The notes beneath the pieces were generated by a model. It ran no database searches, had not been told where the DNA came from, and worked only from the letters and a program-made list of their open reading frames with translations. Positions 1 to 10,172 of a stretch of 64,000 bases of DNA are shown here, piece by piece; within the stretch, counting starts at the first letter, position 1; each line of letters opens with the position of its first letter. The DNA is taken from positions 1-64,000 of the forward strand of contig JBBDRF010000001.1 in assembly GCA_040905565.1 (NCBI GenBank), in the 5' to 3' direction. The position numbers and the translations under genes were made by a program. Source of the stretch: Phycisphaeraceae bacterium (GTDB lineage: Bacteria > Planctomycetota > Phycisphaerae > Phycisphaerales > Zrk34).

Positions 1-53
1 ACGGCCAGTAGAAACTCTCACTCAGACTGGATCAAGTTTTCCCGGGCAGGCCA
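1..53 (-). mobile_element. Probable terminal end of an IS3-family (IS407-group-like) insertion sequence; the rest lies outside the window
   Basis: Reverse complement of 1-53 reads TGGCCTGCCCGGGAAAACTTGATCCAGTCTGAGTGAGAG. It has a 5'-TG terminus and resembles remembered IS407-group ends. The downstream coding frame has an in-frame TAG at 9-11 inside this segment. Confidence 0.45.
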
Positions 54-440
54 CGGGCCCACCAGCCGCACGAGTACCTGAGCGTCACGGGCGAAGTGGT
101 CGACGTTTTCACAGCCGGCTATCGCAACAGCCCGTATCAGCAGTCGCGTTTCGTGGAGTTGCGCACCGCGAACGGTCAGCGTGTGCTTGCGGAGGTCGAC
201 CCGCGAAATTTCGACCCGCCGATCGTGATCGACCGCGGCGACTACCTGCACATCATCGGCCAACCCACCCGCATCAACGACCAGCCCGTCCTCGACACGT
301 ACCACGTCATGGACATCGGCACACTCGAACGCCAACGCATGCACCGCATCCGTAGTGAGGCGCCGACCGGTCTGGAAACGCCGCTGCAACGTGATCTCCG
401 CATCGATCAGCGCCTGCAGCCCTCGCCCTACGGCCGCTAA
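54..440 (+). pseudogene. 3' fragment of a hypothetical gene (possibly OB-fold-like), apparently truncated by the IS end
   Basis: Frame 3 is protein-like (EYLSVTGEVVDVFTAG...RFVELRTANGQRVLAEVDP) from 54 to TAA at 440, with no ATG or RBS upstream. ORF track gives 96..440 from a GTG. Confidence 0.45.
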
Positions 441-450
441 CCGTGAGCGA

Positions 451-1080
451 TCAGCTGACGTCGGCGGAGGTTGATAGCTCAGCCTCACGCAGCTGCGGTT
501 GATGAAAGATGACCCCCAGTGCTGCCGAGGCAAAGAAAGAGATCGTGGCGCAAAGCTGCACCGTCTCCTCGATCAACATCGCCACCGAGGTGCCGCCGAG
601 GTATTCGGGGAATTTATCGAACGGCCATGAGGCCGCGTACAAAGCACAGCCGATCAGCACAAAGCTTGCGAAGGTGCTCGAGGCAATCACGGCTCTCTGC
701 GACCAGATGGCATCCACCCATTGCCGGGCGAGCAGAATGTAGACCGCCCACAGCGCCACGATAACAGCACGCACGGTCCATTCCGTGACGACCATCGCCG
801 ACCCGCCCTCCAGCAGCTTGTCGATATCCACTTCCCGCACCGCCAGCGACAGGCATAAAAGCATCAAACCGTGACGTAAGGTTCGATCCACCCCAACTGC
901 AGCCGCCTTCGCCCGCACCCCGTGAACAGCCGCGGCAATGAGCAGGAAAACGACCTCGAGCCATTCAACGAGGTGATTTTCAGCCACTACGCTCGGATTC
1001 AGCCGCCAAAGTAGAAACACAGCCACAGACGCCATGGCCATAGCGATCACGACTACCGCGGTGCTCGTTGCTCTTCGCAT
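451..1080 (-). CDS. Hypothetical multi-pass membrane protein
   Basis: ORF 451..1161 with about 6 hydrophobic segments; ATG at 1080 is preceded by TGcTATGAT-N6. Confidence 0.65.
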   Translation of the reverse strand: MRRATSTAVVVIAMAMASVAVFLLWRLNPSVVAENHLVEWLEVVFLLIAAAVHGVRAKAAAVGVDRTLRHGLMLLCLSLAVREVDIDKLLEGGSAMVVTEWTVRAVIVALWAVYILLARQWVDAIWSQRAVIASSTFASFVLIGCALYAASWPFDKFPEYLGGTSVAMLIEETVQLCATISFFASAALGVIFHQPQLREAELSTSADVS

Positions 1081-1130
1081 GACCCGATCATAGCAAGCCG
1101 CCCCGGGGATTGCCCCCTGAACGAGGTCCG

Positions 1131-1191
1131 CTCTTTCCCCAGCCGGGTTTGCCTGGTGCACGCCGGTTGCGACCGGGCTGGGGACAGCCCC
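1131..1191. repeat. Degenerate inverted pair of REP-like family B (GAG-CCGGGYTG-TCCC-CAGCCCGG-T)
   Basis: ttccccagccgggt followed by accgggctggggacagccc; matches copies at 24224-24287 and 43080-43103. Confidence 0.65.
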
Positions 1192-1213
1192 ACTGTTGCC
1201 TTATGATCCGGAC

Positions 1214-2380
1214 ATGAAGGCCGCTGACTCGCAACATGATCCGTTCGTTCGCGCGCTGCTGCGGTGGTATGCGCGATCGCATCGGCCGATGCCCTGGCGT
1301 GCCGAGCCCGGGACGGTCGCGCCGCCCTACCACGTGCTCGTCAGTGAGACGATGCTGCAGCAGACGCAGATCGCGACCGTCGTCGCCTACTTTCATCGCT
1401 TCATGCAGGCGTTGCCGACGCTTGGCGATCTCGCCGCCGCCGACGAACAGCAGGTGCTGAGGCTATGGCAGGGACTGGGCTACTATCGGCGGGCCCGGCA
1501 TCTGCACGCGGCTGCGAAGACGATCGTTGCGGATCACGCCGGCAGCATCCCGCCGACCGCCGCCGCGCTTGCGACGCTGCCGGGCGTGGGGCGGTATACA
1601 GCCGGGGCAGTGGCCTCAATGGCGTTTGCCGAGTGCACGCCGTTGGTCGACGGCAATGTCGCGCGGGTGCTCTCTCGCGTTCTCAACCTGCACGATCCGA
1701 TCGACACCACGCCCGGGAAGAAGCGCCTCTGGGCGGAAGCTGACGCGCTGGTGCAATCGGCGGTCGCAGCCCGTATGCGTCATCGCCGGCGTAATTTCAA
1801 AGCGGGCGATTGGAACCAGGCCCTGATGGAACTGGGCGCGACCATCTGCACGCCTCGGCAACCCGCCTGCGAAGGCTGCCCCGTCCGCGCCCATTGCCAG
1901 GCCCACGCCCGAGGCCTGACCGCCGAGTTGCCGGTCATCAGCAAACGCACGAAGCAACGGCCCGTCGTCCATCACATCTTCGCCCTTGAATACAACGGCA
2001 AGCTGCTGTTCCAGCAGAACGGCGAGACGGGCCTGTGGGCGAACATGTGGCAGATGCCGACGGTCGAAACGCTCCCCCCTGCCCCGCCCACCGCCGCCCA
2101 GAAGCCGCCGGATCTCAAATCACTCGCCGCTTCACTCGCGGTGAAAACGGGGAGGCCGACGCACCTCAACAGCTTCGTGCATCTGACGACGCACAAGCGC
2201 ATCCGCTGTGAGTTCTGGCGCGTCCGGTGCACCGCATCACCAACCGCCGCTGCTTCGGATGATGCAGCACCGCCGTTCACCTGGCGTCATCCGGAGGATG
2301 TGGACGACCTGCCGCTGCCGCAGCCGCAACTTCGCGCGCTCGCCCTGCTGCCAACCGGCACGCCACCACTCGCCCGCTGA
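1214..2380 (+). CDS. mutY: A/G-specific adenine DNA glycosylase MutY
   Basis: VSETMLQQT, WQGLGYYRRA, HhH LPGVGRYTAGA, VDGNV, Fe-S motif CTPRQPACEGCPVRAHC, C-terminal NUDIX-like GLWANMWQMP. Confidence 0.95.
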   Translation: MKAADSQHDPFVRALLRWYARSHRPMPWRAEPGTVAPPYHVLVSETMLQQTQIATVVAYFHRFMQALPTLGDLAAADEQQVLRLWQGLGYYRRARHLHAAAKTIVADHAGSIPPTAAALATLPGVGRYTAGAVASMAFAECTPLVDGNVARVLSRVLNLHDPIDTTPGKKRLWAEADALVQSAVAARMRHRRRNFKAGDWNQALMELGATICTPRQPACEGCPVRAHCQAHARGLTAELPVISKRTKQRPVVHHIFALEYNGKLLFQQNGETGLWANMWQMPTVETLPPAPPTAAQKPPDLKSLAASLAVKTGRPTHLNSFVHLTTHKRIRCEFWRVRCTASPTAAASDDAAPPFTWRHPEDVDDLPLPQPQLRALALLPTGTPPLAR

Positions 2381-2381
2381 G

Positions 2382-5057
2382 TTACCGCAGCGTCTGAACG
2401 ATCGCCTGAGCGTGCTTCAGTGCCGCCTGGAAATCCTCAGCCGCGAAACGTGCTTCGCCTTCGACGAACCGCTCCTTGAGTTCCGCAAGTTGCTCGGTCA
2501 CGCCGTCCGCTTCCGCCGCATGCTGCATCAGTTGATAGGCGTGGGCCATGGCGTCGCGTGCCGCTTCGTTGGTGTTGATCGCCTGCAGCATCGCATCGTG
2601 CTCGACATGCTCCACGATCACGCTGCGATGTTCGCCGGGCGCGAGGGTGAGCGTGGTGCCTTCGCGCAGTTCCGCTGCCGTGTGTTCGGTTGCATCGTCA
2701 CCGAGGCGAAGGTGGTAATCGCCCTCAGGCAGGGCGCGGTGCTGGATGCGGAAGGTGCGTTCGGTGTCGGTGCCGTTGAAGACGAGGAACTGCCGCCTCG
2801 CACCGGCCGCTGCTGCTTCGAAGCTGTCGATCATGTCCAGGCTGACCACCATGATGTCGTGATCGTCCGCCTTGGCGAAGGCCTCGAATAGCAGGTCGTA
2901 CCACATGCCCGAGCCGGACATGTAGGTTGCGAGCCCCATGCCGCCGTGTCGACCGCCGTGCTCGCGGGTGTAGAAATCTTCGATTGCCAGGTAGTGCGCT
3001 TCATGCTGATGAAGCTTCGGGCAAGGGATCGCTTCATCGGGAAACATCGGCGGGAAAAAGTAGAACGCGTTCACGCGGTGCGTGTTGAGGATGCTCAGCA
3101 GCAGGTCCGTGTGACGCTCGCGATGCTTAAGGTAGTAAGTCAACGGCAGCACTGCCTCGCTGTTCTCCCATGCCGACCCGGTATACGCGCCACCGTGATT
3201 GCGGAACAGGCCCACCTGCTGAAGCGCCTGATCGCGCGGGTCGTCGTACAGACTGCTTTCGTACCAGTAGGTCATCCGAAGCAGCGAATTAAGAAAGTCG
3301 TCAGCGAACTGCTCGAACTGCTCGTCGCCGGTGTGTGTCGCCAGCCACTGTGCCGCGATGATGCCCGACGCGTTGCCGAAGATCTCGGCCACGGGGAAGT
3401 CAACCGCATCGTCATACTCACGTTCATACCGCTCGTTCTCGACGCGGAAGCTCATCTCCGTCAGCAGCGTGCGGATGGCCTGCTTTGCCTCCTCGACGTA
3501 ACGCGCTTCGCCGGTCATCTCGTAAGCACGCACCATCAGCCATGCGTAACTGCCGACCTGCCAAGGCTCATAGATGATGCCGAGGTCGGGCTCGTCGTTC
3601 TGAATGAGAGGCTGTTTCGTGATTGGATCAAACCATTGCGGCAGCACGTAATCGTTGACGTGGGCAAGTTCGATCAACCCTTCCATGCCCATCAAAGCCC
3701 GGCCGCCCACTGCCGCTTCCCAGTCGCCCGGTGCCTGCATTTCATGCACGCGGAACAGCTGCAACGGATACGTCAGGTTCTGCCAGCTCATCTCCATCGG
3801 CCCGACGCTCAGCACCTCCGGCCGCCACCGCACAATCTCCGCCTTCTCGCTGTAGAACATCTTCACACCGGCCACGCGCGCCTGAACGTGGGCCGCTTCA
3901 TCGGCATCGCCACGCACCCGCTGACGCGCCACCCACGGTGCGATCATGTTCAGAGCCGTCGAAAAATCCCACCCTTCGATTGCTTCACGATTCAACGCTT
4001 CGATGCAAGACGATTCCACCGCATAGTCCGGGCCGATGCGGATCGACGTCACCTCGCGCTCGGGGAACAAAGGCCCATCACGCCAGACGAACCCATCGAC
4101 GTCCTTCCATGTGACATCCTTGATCATCAACGCTTTCGCGATCTCATCGGAGACACGCCCCCAGCTGGCGGGCTTGTCCGCAGCACGGTCAGTCGGCCAT
4201 TCCGCCGTTGCTGGATGCAGCGAGCTGAACACATCGACCATGCGGTCGAGCGCCTGCCTGCGATGCACGGGCGCCTCGGCTGGCGCAGCATAAACGTAGA
4301 AGCTGACGACCATGTCACCAGCGGGAATCATCGTGCCGTTGCGATCAATGATGCGCAGCCCGAGCCCCGTCTGCCCCTCAAGATCAAACCGCTGCACGCG
4401 GCTGCCTCGGAAGCGAAACACGTTGTGATGCGACATCCACGTCATCGGCGTCATGTCGAAAAACACCGCAGATTCAACGCCCTCGTCCCACATGTAAGCT
4501 GCGGGGAAACTGTTGCCCCACGAAATATCGTCGTGGCCGTGATAGATGTTGCCGGGGCCCTGGCTCACGGCGTGGGTGCCGCTGGCGATGCCGTTTTTCC
4601 AGACGCCCACATGCGGTTCGAGTGCGGTCAGATGCAGCGGCTCCTGCAGGTCGCACGTGATCTCAAAGTGCAGCAGCGGGTCGCCGGCCCGGGCGGTGAC
4701 CACCACGTCCCAATCGTAACCGTGCTGCGGGTGGGTGCCGCTGAGCGAGACCGCCGCATGCTCCGGGGAATCGTGCAGCACATCGTAATCGGTGGGGTGA
4801 GCATCGAACGCGGGGCCACGCAGCAGCGGCATACCGCCGTCGAACATGGACTGCCACGTGTCGCCCTGGCGGACCTCGATGCGGAGGATGAATCGGCCTT
4901 GCTCATCACGATCGAACACCGCGCGCTGCCGATCCGCCGCCACGACCACACGATCGGCAGCTTGTGAAACGGCGACATCCGCCGAAGCGTCCGCCGCACC
5001 GAACGCCGCTGCCCAAAGCGCAAGCGCCACCAGAGCCCAAGCGGGCCTGTTGCTCAT
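2382..5057 (-). CDS. Large secreted hypothetical protein (891 aa), possibly a glycoside-hydrolase-like alpha/alpha toroid
   Basis: Signal peptide (ALVALALWAAAFGAADASA); helical W/Y/E-rich core (AYEMTGEARYVEEAK); last gene of a 4-gene run. Function is inference. Confidence 0.75.
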   Translation of the reverse strand: MSNRPAWALVALALWAAAFGAADASADVAVSQAADRVVVAADRQRAVFDRDEQGRFILRIEVRQGDTWQSMFDGGMPLLRGPAFDAHPTDYDVLHDSPEHAAVSLSGTHPQHGYDWDVVVTARAGDPLLHFEITCDLQEPLHLTALEPHVGVWKNGIASGTHAVSQGPGNIYHGHDDISWGNSFPAAYMWDEGVESAVFFDMTPMTWMSHHNVFRFRGSRVQRFDLEGQTGLGLRIIDRNGTMIPAGDMVVSFYVYAAPAEAPVHRRQALDRMVDVFSSLHPATAEWPTDRAADKPASWGRVSDEIAKALMIKDVTWKDVDGFVWRDGPLFPEREVTSIRIGPDYAVESSCIEALNREAIEGWDFSTALNMIAPWVARQRVRGDADEAAHVQARVAGVKMFYSEKAEIVRWRPEVLSVGPMEMSWQNLTYPLQLFRVHEMQAPGDWEAAVGGRALMGMEGLIELAHVNDYVLPQWFDPITKQPLIQNDEPDLGIIYEPWQVGSYAWLMVRAYEMTGEARYVEEAKQAIRTLLTEMSFRVENERYEREYDDAVDFPVAEIFGNASGIIAAQWLATHTGDEQFEQFADDFLNSLLRMTYWYESSLYDDPRDQALQQVGLFRNHGGAYTGSAWENSEAVLPLTYYLKHRERHTDLLLSILNTHRVNAFYFFPPMFPDEAIPCPKLHQHEAHYLAIEDFYTREHGGRHGGMGLATYMSGSGMWYDLLFEAFAKADDHDIMVVSLDMIDSFEAAAAGARRQFLVFNGTDTERTFRIQHRALPEGDYHLRLGDDATEHTAAELREGTTLTLAPGEHRSVIVEHVEHDAMLQAINTNEAARDAMAHAYQLMQHAAEADGVTEQLAELKERFVEGEARFAAEDFQAALKHAQAIVQTLR

Positions 5058-5085
5058 ATTCATCAATGATTCCTGTCAGTTTGCG

Positions 5086-8019
5086 TTACCGCGCGGGTTC
5101 GCCGAGTCGGTGGATGGTGTTGTAAAGCGAGCCGCGGAGGAGCTTGCCGTCGGTCGCTTCGAGGTTGTAGCGAACGTGCATCTGCATCACGGGCTTGAGG
5201 TCTTCGATCTCGAGGAGGACGCTGTAGCCGTCGTCGCTGACGTGGGCCGCTTTGACCTTGACCGTATCGCGTCCCTGTTCATTGGAATTCGCAGCGGACC
5301 ATTCTGCTGAGCCGTAGCCGGACGTGCGACGATAGTTCCACTGCTCCACTGCATAGCTGCCGACATCTTCCGCCAGTGCGCGATCGACAGGTTGCGTGAA
5401 GGTGATCCGCACGCCGTCTTCATGCACATTCAGACCGATCGGCAGGTACGCTTCCGCGCCGGTGTACCGCACGCGCTGCAAGCTGCCGTCGCGCACCGCA
5501 CTGGTGACCCAGCCGTTGAGCCCCGCCACGTAAAGCTGCCCGTCCTGCTCACGGAACGCCCCACGATGAACGCCCGAAAGGAAGCGTCCCGGCAGCGGCA
5601 CCACGCCCCCCTGCCACTGCCCGTCGACCTGCTCCATCAGCGCCAGCATCATCGTGCAACGTCCGAACGAAAGGTGCAGCATGTGTCCCGAAAGCGGACC
5701 CCAGCCTTCGCTTGGCGCCCAAACCTGCCCACCGGAGGAGTTGTCGATCGGACGCGGAATCCAGATCATCGGTGGGTCGTAGCTCTCCGGCTCCGTATCA
5801 CGATGATGCGAATGCATGAGGCCGTAGAAGCCGCCTTCTTTGACCACCGCGATGTTCGAAGCAGGCGTCCACGTGCCTTCCTGAGGCGACATGGTGACCA
5901 GGTCGTTCGGCCCGATCGCCAGGCCATTGGCGTTGCGAATCCCCGTCGCGAAGACCGACAACGTTTCGCCATCCGGGCTCACGCGGAGCATCGAGCCGTG
6001 GTGGTCGCTTGCCCCGCCGCCCGTGTCGCCTTTGAGCATGTAGAAGTTGCCCTGCGAGTCGGTCTCCAGGCAGGTCACATACTCGTGGCCGTTGGGCAGA
6101 ACCTGACCGTCGTTGTTGAAGTTTTCGTAGTAGTCCGCTTCGCCGTCGCCGTTGAGATCGTGAAGGATCGTAATCTGGTCTCGGCCGGTGACGTAGATCT
6201 CGCCATCGACCACCTTCACGCCCAGCGGCTGAAACATGCCGGTGGCGAAGCGCGTCCACGTCAGCTCCTCAAGCGTTTCGTCGATCCCACTGACGATCCA
6301 CACATCGCCGTGCACCGTCGCCACGACGGCGTCGCCGTTTGGGAGGAAGTCGATCCCGCCGATGAACATCAACGCGTTGTAGGGGTTTTCATGGGGGATC
6401 GTGAGCGTGTCGATGACGTAGGGATCGGTTCGGCCGCTGACCACGCCCTGCGTCACGATCTCCGCGGTCCAGCGTCTCTCGCCGCCTTCGGTCATCGGCT
6501 GCAGGCTCGCCGGCTGCGAACTCCGGCTGACCAGGCGGGCGAAGTTTTGCAGCTGGTTCGGCGCACCGGACCAGACGAACAGCTTCGCCCGTTGCGGATT
6601 CTGCCTGTTGCCCGGCGACAGTTCCATCACGATGCGATTGCCTTCGATCGCCACCTTCGCCGCCGGCCCGATCACCGCAGCCGCGGTGACTTTGCCGCCG
6701 TGCTCGAACACCGCCAGCTCCGTGCCGTTGATGGTGCGCACGCGCCCCCTGCCGTCGGGCACATCGCAGACGGCCATCTTCTTGGCGCTTCTCGCATCGT
6801 GCATCTCGAACGTTCGCGTCCAAGCTGTCAGCGGGCCCGCCTCTTCAATCCACGGGGAATCAAGCACGCGTGCTTCACCGACGGTGTAGGCAAACACGAC
6901 GCGTTCGCCGTGCATGTAGTGGCCTTCGAAGCGGCCGTGGTCGTCGGGGATGGGGCCGAGGCCGCGCGAGCGGGGATCGGTGAACCGGCCGTTGTGCGCC
7001 CAGCCGGTGCCCTCGCGCACGGCCCACTTGATGTCGCCCGCAACACGTGGCTGCCCGATCAACCCGAACCGCATCGGGTCGGTCCGAATGAACGCGCCAT
7101 CCCACGCTGCACTCACGCGAAGGGTTTCGGTATCGAACGCCAGAGCGGCACGTTCATCGTCGCCGAGTTGCACCGCGATGGCTTTCATGGTCGCGCCGTG
7201 AGGCGTGCCGAGGGAGGAGGTGAACGTCGGGCCGGTATCCATCGCCTGCCAGCGATCGTCCCGCACGTCCGTCTCACGGAAGCCCTCGAAATGATCTTCC
7301 TGCTCTTCTTCCTCTTCCTGGATCGCCGCCCCGATCGGCAGTCCGCGAGGCGAGGCATCGGCGAACTGGCCCTGCGCATTACGCCGATTGAAGTCCCACA
7401 GCGCCAGCGTCTCGTCGTCGACTTTCATCGCGCCGATGGGTGATTTGAACTTCCGGAGGCCGCGGCTGATGCGGACACCTGCGATCATGCCGTCGCATCC
7501 GATGCGGGTGGCACCGTCTTTCGCGTAGCCGACCATGATCGGCCCGGCGACGCGCGGCACGTCGTTACGTTTGACCTGAGCCGCGGCGACCTGCTTGCCC
7601 TCCACGTACAGCCGCACGTGCCGACCATCGAAACTCATCGCCACGTGATGCCATTTGCCGTCGGCCACATTCACCGACGATTCCAGCGCCGCCGGTTCAT
7701 ACCCGGGCAGGAACGCACTGAGCGCGCCGCTGCCCTGGAAGGTGTAGAGCTCCCAATGTTCGCCGCTGCTTTTGTCCTCATGCGAGACGATCACGTTGAA
7801 GGCGTTGGCACTGTTGATCTTCACGCGTGCTTCGACCGTGATGGGCGTTTCGCTGAGCGAGCGGTCGACGGTCTGCGTACTGACACCGCCGCTGCTTGCG
7901 TCGAGCGCCCGGCCGAACGCACCGGCCGAAACCGTCGACTGAGCGTAGGCCATCGGTGCAGTCAGCAGGGCCGCGGCCACAGCCAATGTCGTTGCGAGCT
8001 TGTTCATCAGGGTCCTCAT
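5086..8019 (-). CDS. Secreted LamG/concanavalin-like + DUF6797-like + beta-propeller dehydrogenase-like protein
   Basis: Signal peptide; LamG (VADGKWHHVAMSFDG); propeller motifs ATGMFQPLG, DLNGDGEADYYE, ATGIRNANG, QEGTWTPAS. ATG at 8019 overlaps the upstream TGA (ATGA). Confidence 0.8.
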   Translation of the reverse strand: MRTLMNKLATTLAVAAALLTAPMAYAQSTVSAGAFGRALDASSGGVSTQTVDRSLSETPITVEARVKINSANAFNVIVSHEDKSSGEHWELYTFQGSGALSAFLPGYEPAALESSVNVADGKWHHVAMSFDGRHVRLYVEGKQVAAAQVKRNDVPRVAGPIMVGYAKDGATRIGCDGMIAGVRISRGLRKFKSPIGAMKVDDETLALWDFNRRNAQGQFADASPRGLPIGAAIQEEEEEQEDHFEGFRETDVRDDRWQAMDTGPTFTSSLGTPHGATMKAIAVQLGDDERAALAFDTETLRVSAAWDGAFIRTDPMRFGLIGQPRVAGDIKWAVREGTGWAHNGRFTDPRSRGLGPIPDDHGRFEGHYMHGERVVFAYTVGEARVLDSPWIEEAGPLTAWTRTFEMHDARSAKKMAVCDVPDGRGRVRTINGTELAVFEHGGKVTAAAVIGPAAKVAIEGNRIVMELSPGNRQNPQRAKLFVWSGAPNQLQNFARLVSRSSQPASLQPMTEGGERRWTAEIVTQGVVSGRTDPYVIDTLTIPHENPYNALMFIGGIDFLPNGDAVVATVHGDVWIVSGIDETLEELTWTRFATGMFQPLGVKVVDGEIYVTGRDQITILHDLNGDGEADYYENFNNDGQVLPNGHEYVTCLETDSQGNFYMLKGDTGGGASDHHGSMLRVSPDGETLSVFATGIRNANGLAIGPNDLVTMSPQEGTWTPASNIAVVKEGGFYGLMHSHHRDTEPESYDPPMIWIPRPIDNSSGGQVWAPSEGWGPLSGHMLHLSFGRCTMMLALMEQVDGQWQGGVVPLPGRFLSGVHRGAFREQDGQLYVAGLNGWVTSAVRDGSLQRVRYTGAEAYLPIGLNVHEDGVRITFTQPVDRALAEDVGSYAVEQWNYRRTSGYGSAEWSAANSNEQGRDTVKVKAAHVSDDGYSVLLEIEDLKPVMQMHVRYNLEATDGKLLRGSLYNTIHRLGEPAR

Positions 8020-10172
8020 CGTTTGCGAGAAGGTTCGCTGCTGGGCTGCGTGAGCAGGTACTGCCAGATGGCTTCGAACTGATCCGCGCCGACGCCGTCC
8101 AGCACGTCGGTCAGTGCGGTATAGCCATGCTGATCGGTGTACCGCGGCATCTTCGTGCGCGGTGCGATGCGCGACGGATCGAACATCCACTGGTGGAAGT
8201 AGTCACGCCGTAGCCGCTCAGCCACCGTCTGGAAATCATTGCCGACTGCGCCGAATACATTCTGAGGCGGAAAGTCGCCCACCGCATGACAGTCGGTACA
8301 ACTGAAGCCCCACCGCTGTCCCACAAGCCGTTCACCGAGCGCTGCGAGTTCTTCGTCCGGCTCCGGCAGCGGCTGCGCCTCCGGCGACAGTCCGTGAAGC
8401 ATCGCGATGCCCTCAGCCAAACCCTGTGACGCAGCCGCTGAATAGGCGGGCATCCGGGCGCGAAGCCAGGGGCGAGGCTTCTGCTCGAGTTCGCCATTGA
8501 GCAGCGCACGCATCCACTGCGGACGAAGCTTTTCACCTGCACGGCTCAGCGAGGGACGAGACTGGTCGATCGCGGGCGTGCCGTCTTCGCCCTTGGGCTC
8601 GGGGGCAGCAAAGTGCGCCACCTGCCACTCAAGAAGGCTCCACTTATCACGTTTGCCGCCGAGTTCGTGACACGCGTTGCAGCTGAGCCGATGCATCTGC
8701 CGCTGCGCGAATTCCATCTTGTTATGCTGCGAAAGCGACTCAAGCCCCGCCCCCTTCAAGGCACGCAGCGCGTCGCGCTCCATACCATTGAGCGGAATTT
8801 CCGGGGCGGTGCCACGAGCCGCAGCATCCTCGGCAAGGCAGCCGGTCAACCAGTCGACTTGCATCAGCGCCTGCATTGCGGGCACATCCATCGTGCTCGG
8901 CACGGGCAATGCGTGACAGTTGATACAGCCGTTCTGCTGCACCAGCGCCTGTCCACGGGTTGCGTCGCCGGGCTCGTAATTCTCAGCAGGTTCGAGGGAT
9001 TGATCGAGCAGGAATGCTGCCACCGCGTCGGCTTCATCACGGGAAAGATCGAAATCACCCATGCGGGTATGCGCGTAACGCTGAGCGGGGTTGCGCAGGA
9101 ATTCGCGGAGTGCGGGGCCTGCGAACTTCTGCCCAATCTGCGCCAGCGAGATGCGGTCGGCCACGGGCTCCTGATCACGCAATTCGTGACAGCCCACGCA
9201 GCCGAGCGACGCATAAAGATGCCCGCCCGCTTCGATGGTGTCCGCATCACTCGGCACCGGCGTCGAGGCCTCGGCCACCGCGCCGAACCGCAGCGTCGCC
9301 AGGTAGGCGGCGACGTCCTTCGCCTGCTGCTCACCGGCCTCGCCGTGGAAGAACTTGGGCATGGTCGCGTCGTGCCGGACCGCTTCCGGGTCGGCGATCC
9401 ACTCAGCCATCCATGGCTCATGCAGGCGAAGGCCCACATCCATAATGGCCGGGGCATCCATCATCAGCTCGGGCATCGACGCGTCGCCGATCAGGCCGTT
9501 TGGCGCAGTATGGCAGCGGATGCAGCGATGCTCCGCCATCAGTGCCCGCCCCTGGCGAACCTGCTGCCGCTCGTGCAGCGCGTCGTCGTTGCCGTGGCTC
9601 TGGTCGTAGGTGAACACCGACGGTGAGACCGGCTCAAGTGGGAAATCCGGCGACGACCACAGCAGCCGCACCGCTGCATCGGCAGAAGACGGCGACGCAT
9701 ACTGCGCCACAATCTCGTTCGGCCCCTGGTCCAGCCGAACCGGGCCACTGATGATGCGTTCGCCGGCCTGGGCATCTTCCACGCTCAGCACGACTTCCCC
9801 GTTGATGGTCAACGTAAACGTGCCGCTGCCCTCGAAGGCGAAGTGGTAGCGATCACGCATCGGCACGTTCAGCTGCCCGCGCCAGGTGGCGTTGAAGGGG
9901 CCGGGGGCGAGGAACGGCGTGGCGGGTTGATCGGCGGGGACGTAGAGCGCCGCCTGAAAATCCACGCGCTGATCGGTCGCGCCCTCGGCATCTTCGAACG
10001 CCGCGATCAAGCCCGTGCCGTCGGCAGGCATCTTGAGATTCGCCACCACCGCTGCCGAACTGCCGCCGGGGAACTGCATCACGATCCAGCCGAAGGCCAT
10101 CACCAGCAGCACCGCGAGAGGCGTCATGTGTCGCACTGTTTGTTTCACGCTAAGGCTCCTGCGCGATGTCAC
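8016..10172 (-). CDS. Multiheme c-type cytochrome with N-terminal PA14-like domain
   Basis: Five CxxCH motifs (CIRCH, CVGCH, CINCH, CNACH, CTDCH); PA14-like FNATWRGQL...YHFAFEGSG; N-terminal hydrophobic segment. Start may be ATG 10127. Confidence 0.85.
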   Translation of the reverse strand: MTSRRSLSVKQTVRHMTPLAVLLVMAFGWIVMQFPGGSSAAVVANLKMPADGTGLIAAFEDAEGATDQRVDFQAALYVPADQPATPFLAPGPFNATWRGQLNVPMRDRYHFAFEGSGTFTLTINGEVVLSVEDAQAGERIISGPVRLDQGPNEIVAQYASPSSADAAVRLLWSSPDFPLEPVSPSVFTYDQSHGNDDALHERQQVRQGRALMAEHRCIRCHTAPNGLIGDASMPELMMDAPAIMDVGLRLHEPWMAEWIADPEAVRHDATMPKFFHGEAGEQQAKDVAAYLATLRFGAVAEASTPVPSDADTIEAGGHLYASLGCVGCHELRDQEPVADRISLAQIGQKFAGPALREFLRNPAQRYAHTRMGDFDLSRDEADAVAAFLLDQSLEPAENYEPGDATRGQALVQQNGCINCHALPVPSTMDVPAMQALMQVDWLTGCLAEDAAARGTAPEIPLNGMERDALRALKGAGLESLSQHNKMEFAQRQMHRLSCNACHELGGKRDKWSLLEWQVAHFAAPEPKGEDGTPAIDQSRPSLSRAGEKLRPQWMRALLNGELEQKPRPWLRARMPAYSAAASQGLAEGIAMLHGLSPEAQPLPEPDEELAALGERLVGQRWGFSCTDCHAVGDFPPQNVFGAVGNDFQTVAERLRRDYFHQWMFDPSRIAPRTKMPRYTDQHGYTALTDVLDGVGADQFEAIWQYLLTQPSSEPSRKR

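Noticed and set aside
2946..4967. Long antisense ORFs (also 5392..7443, 25410..27365, 53704..56106 and many others)
   Set aside because: Shadow frames of real genes in high-GC DNA, with no recognisable motifs.
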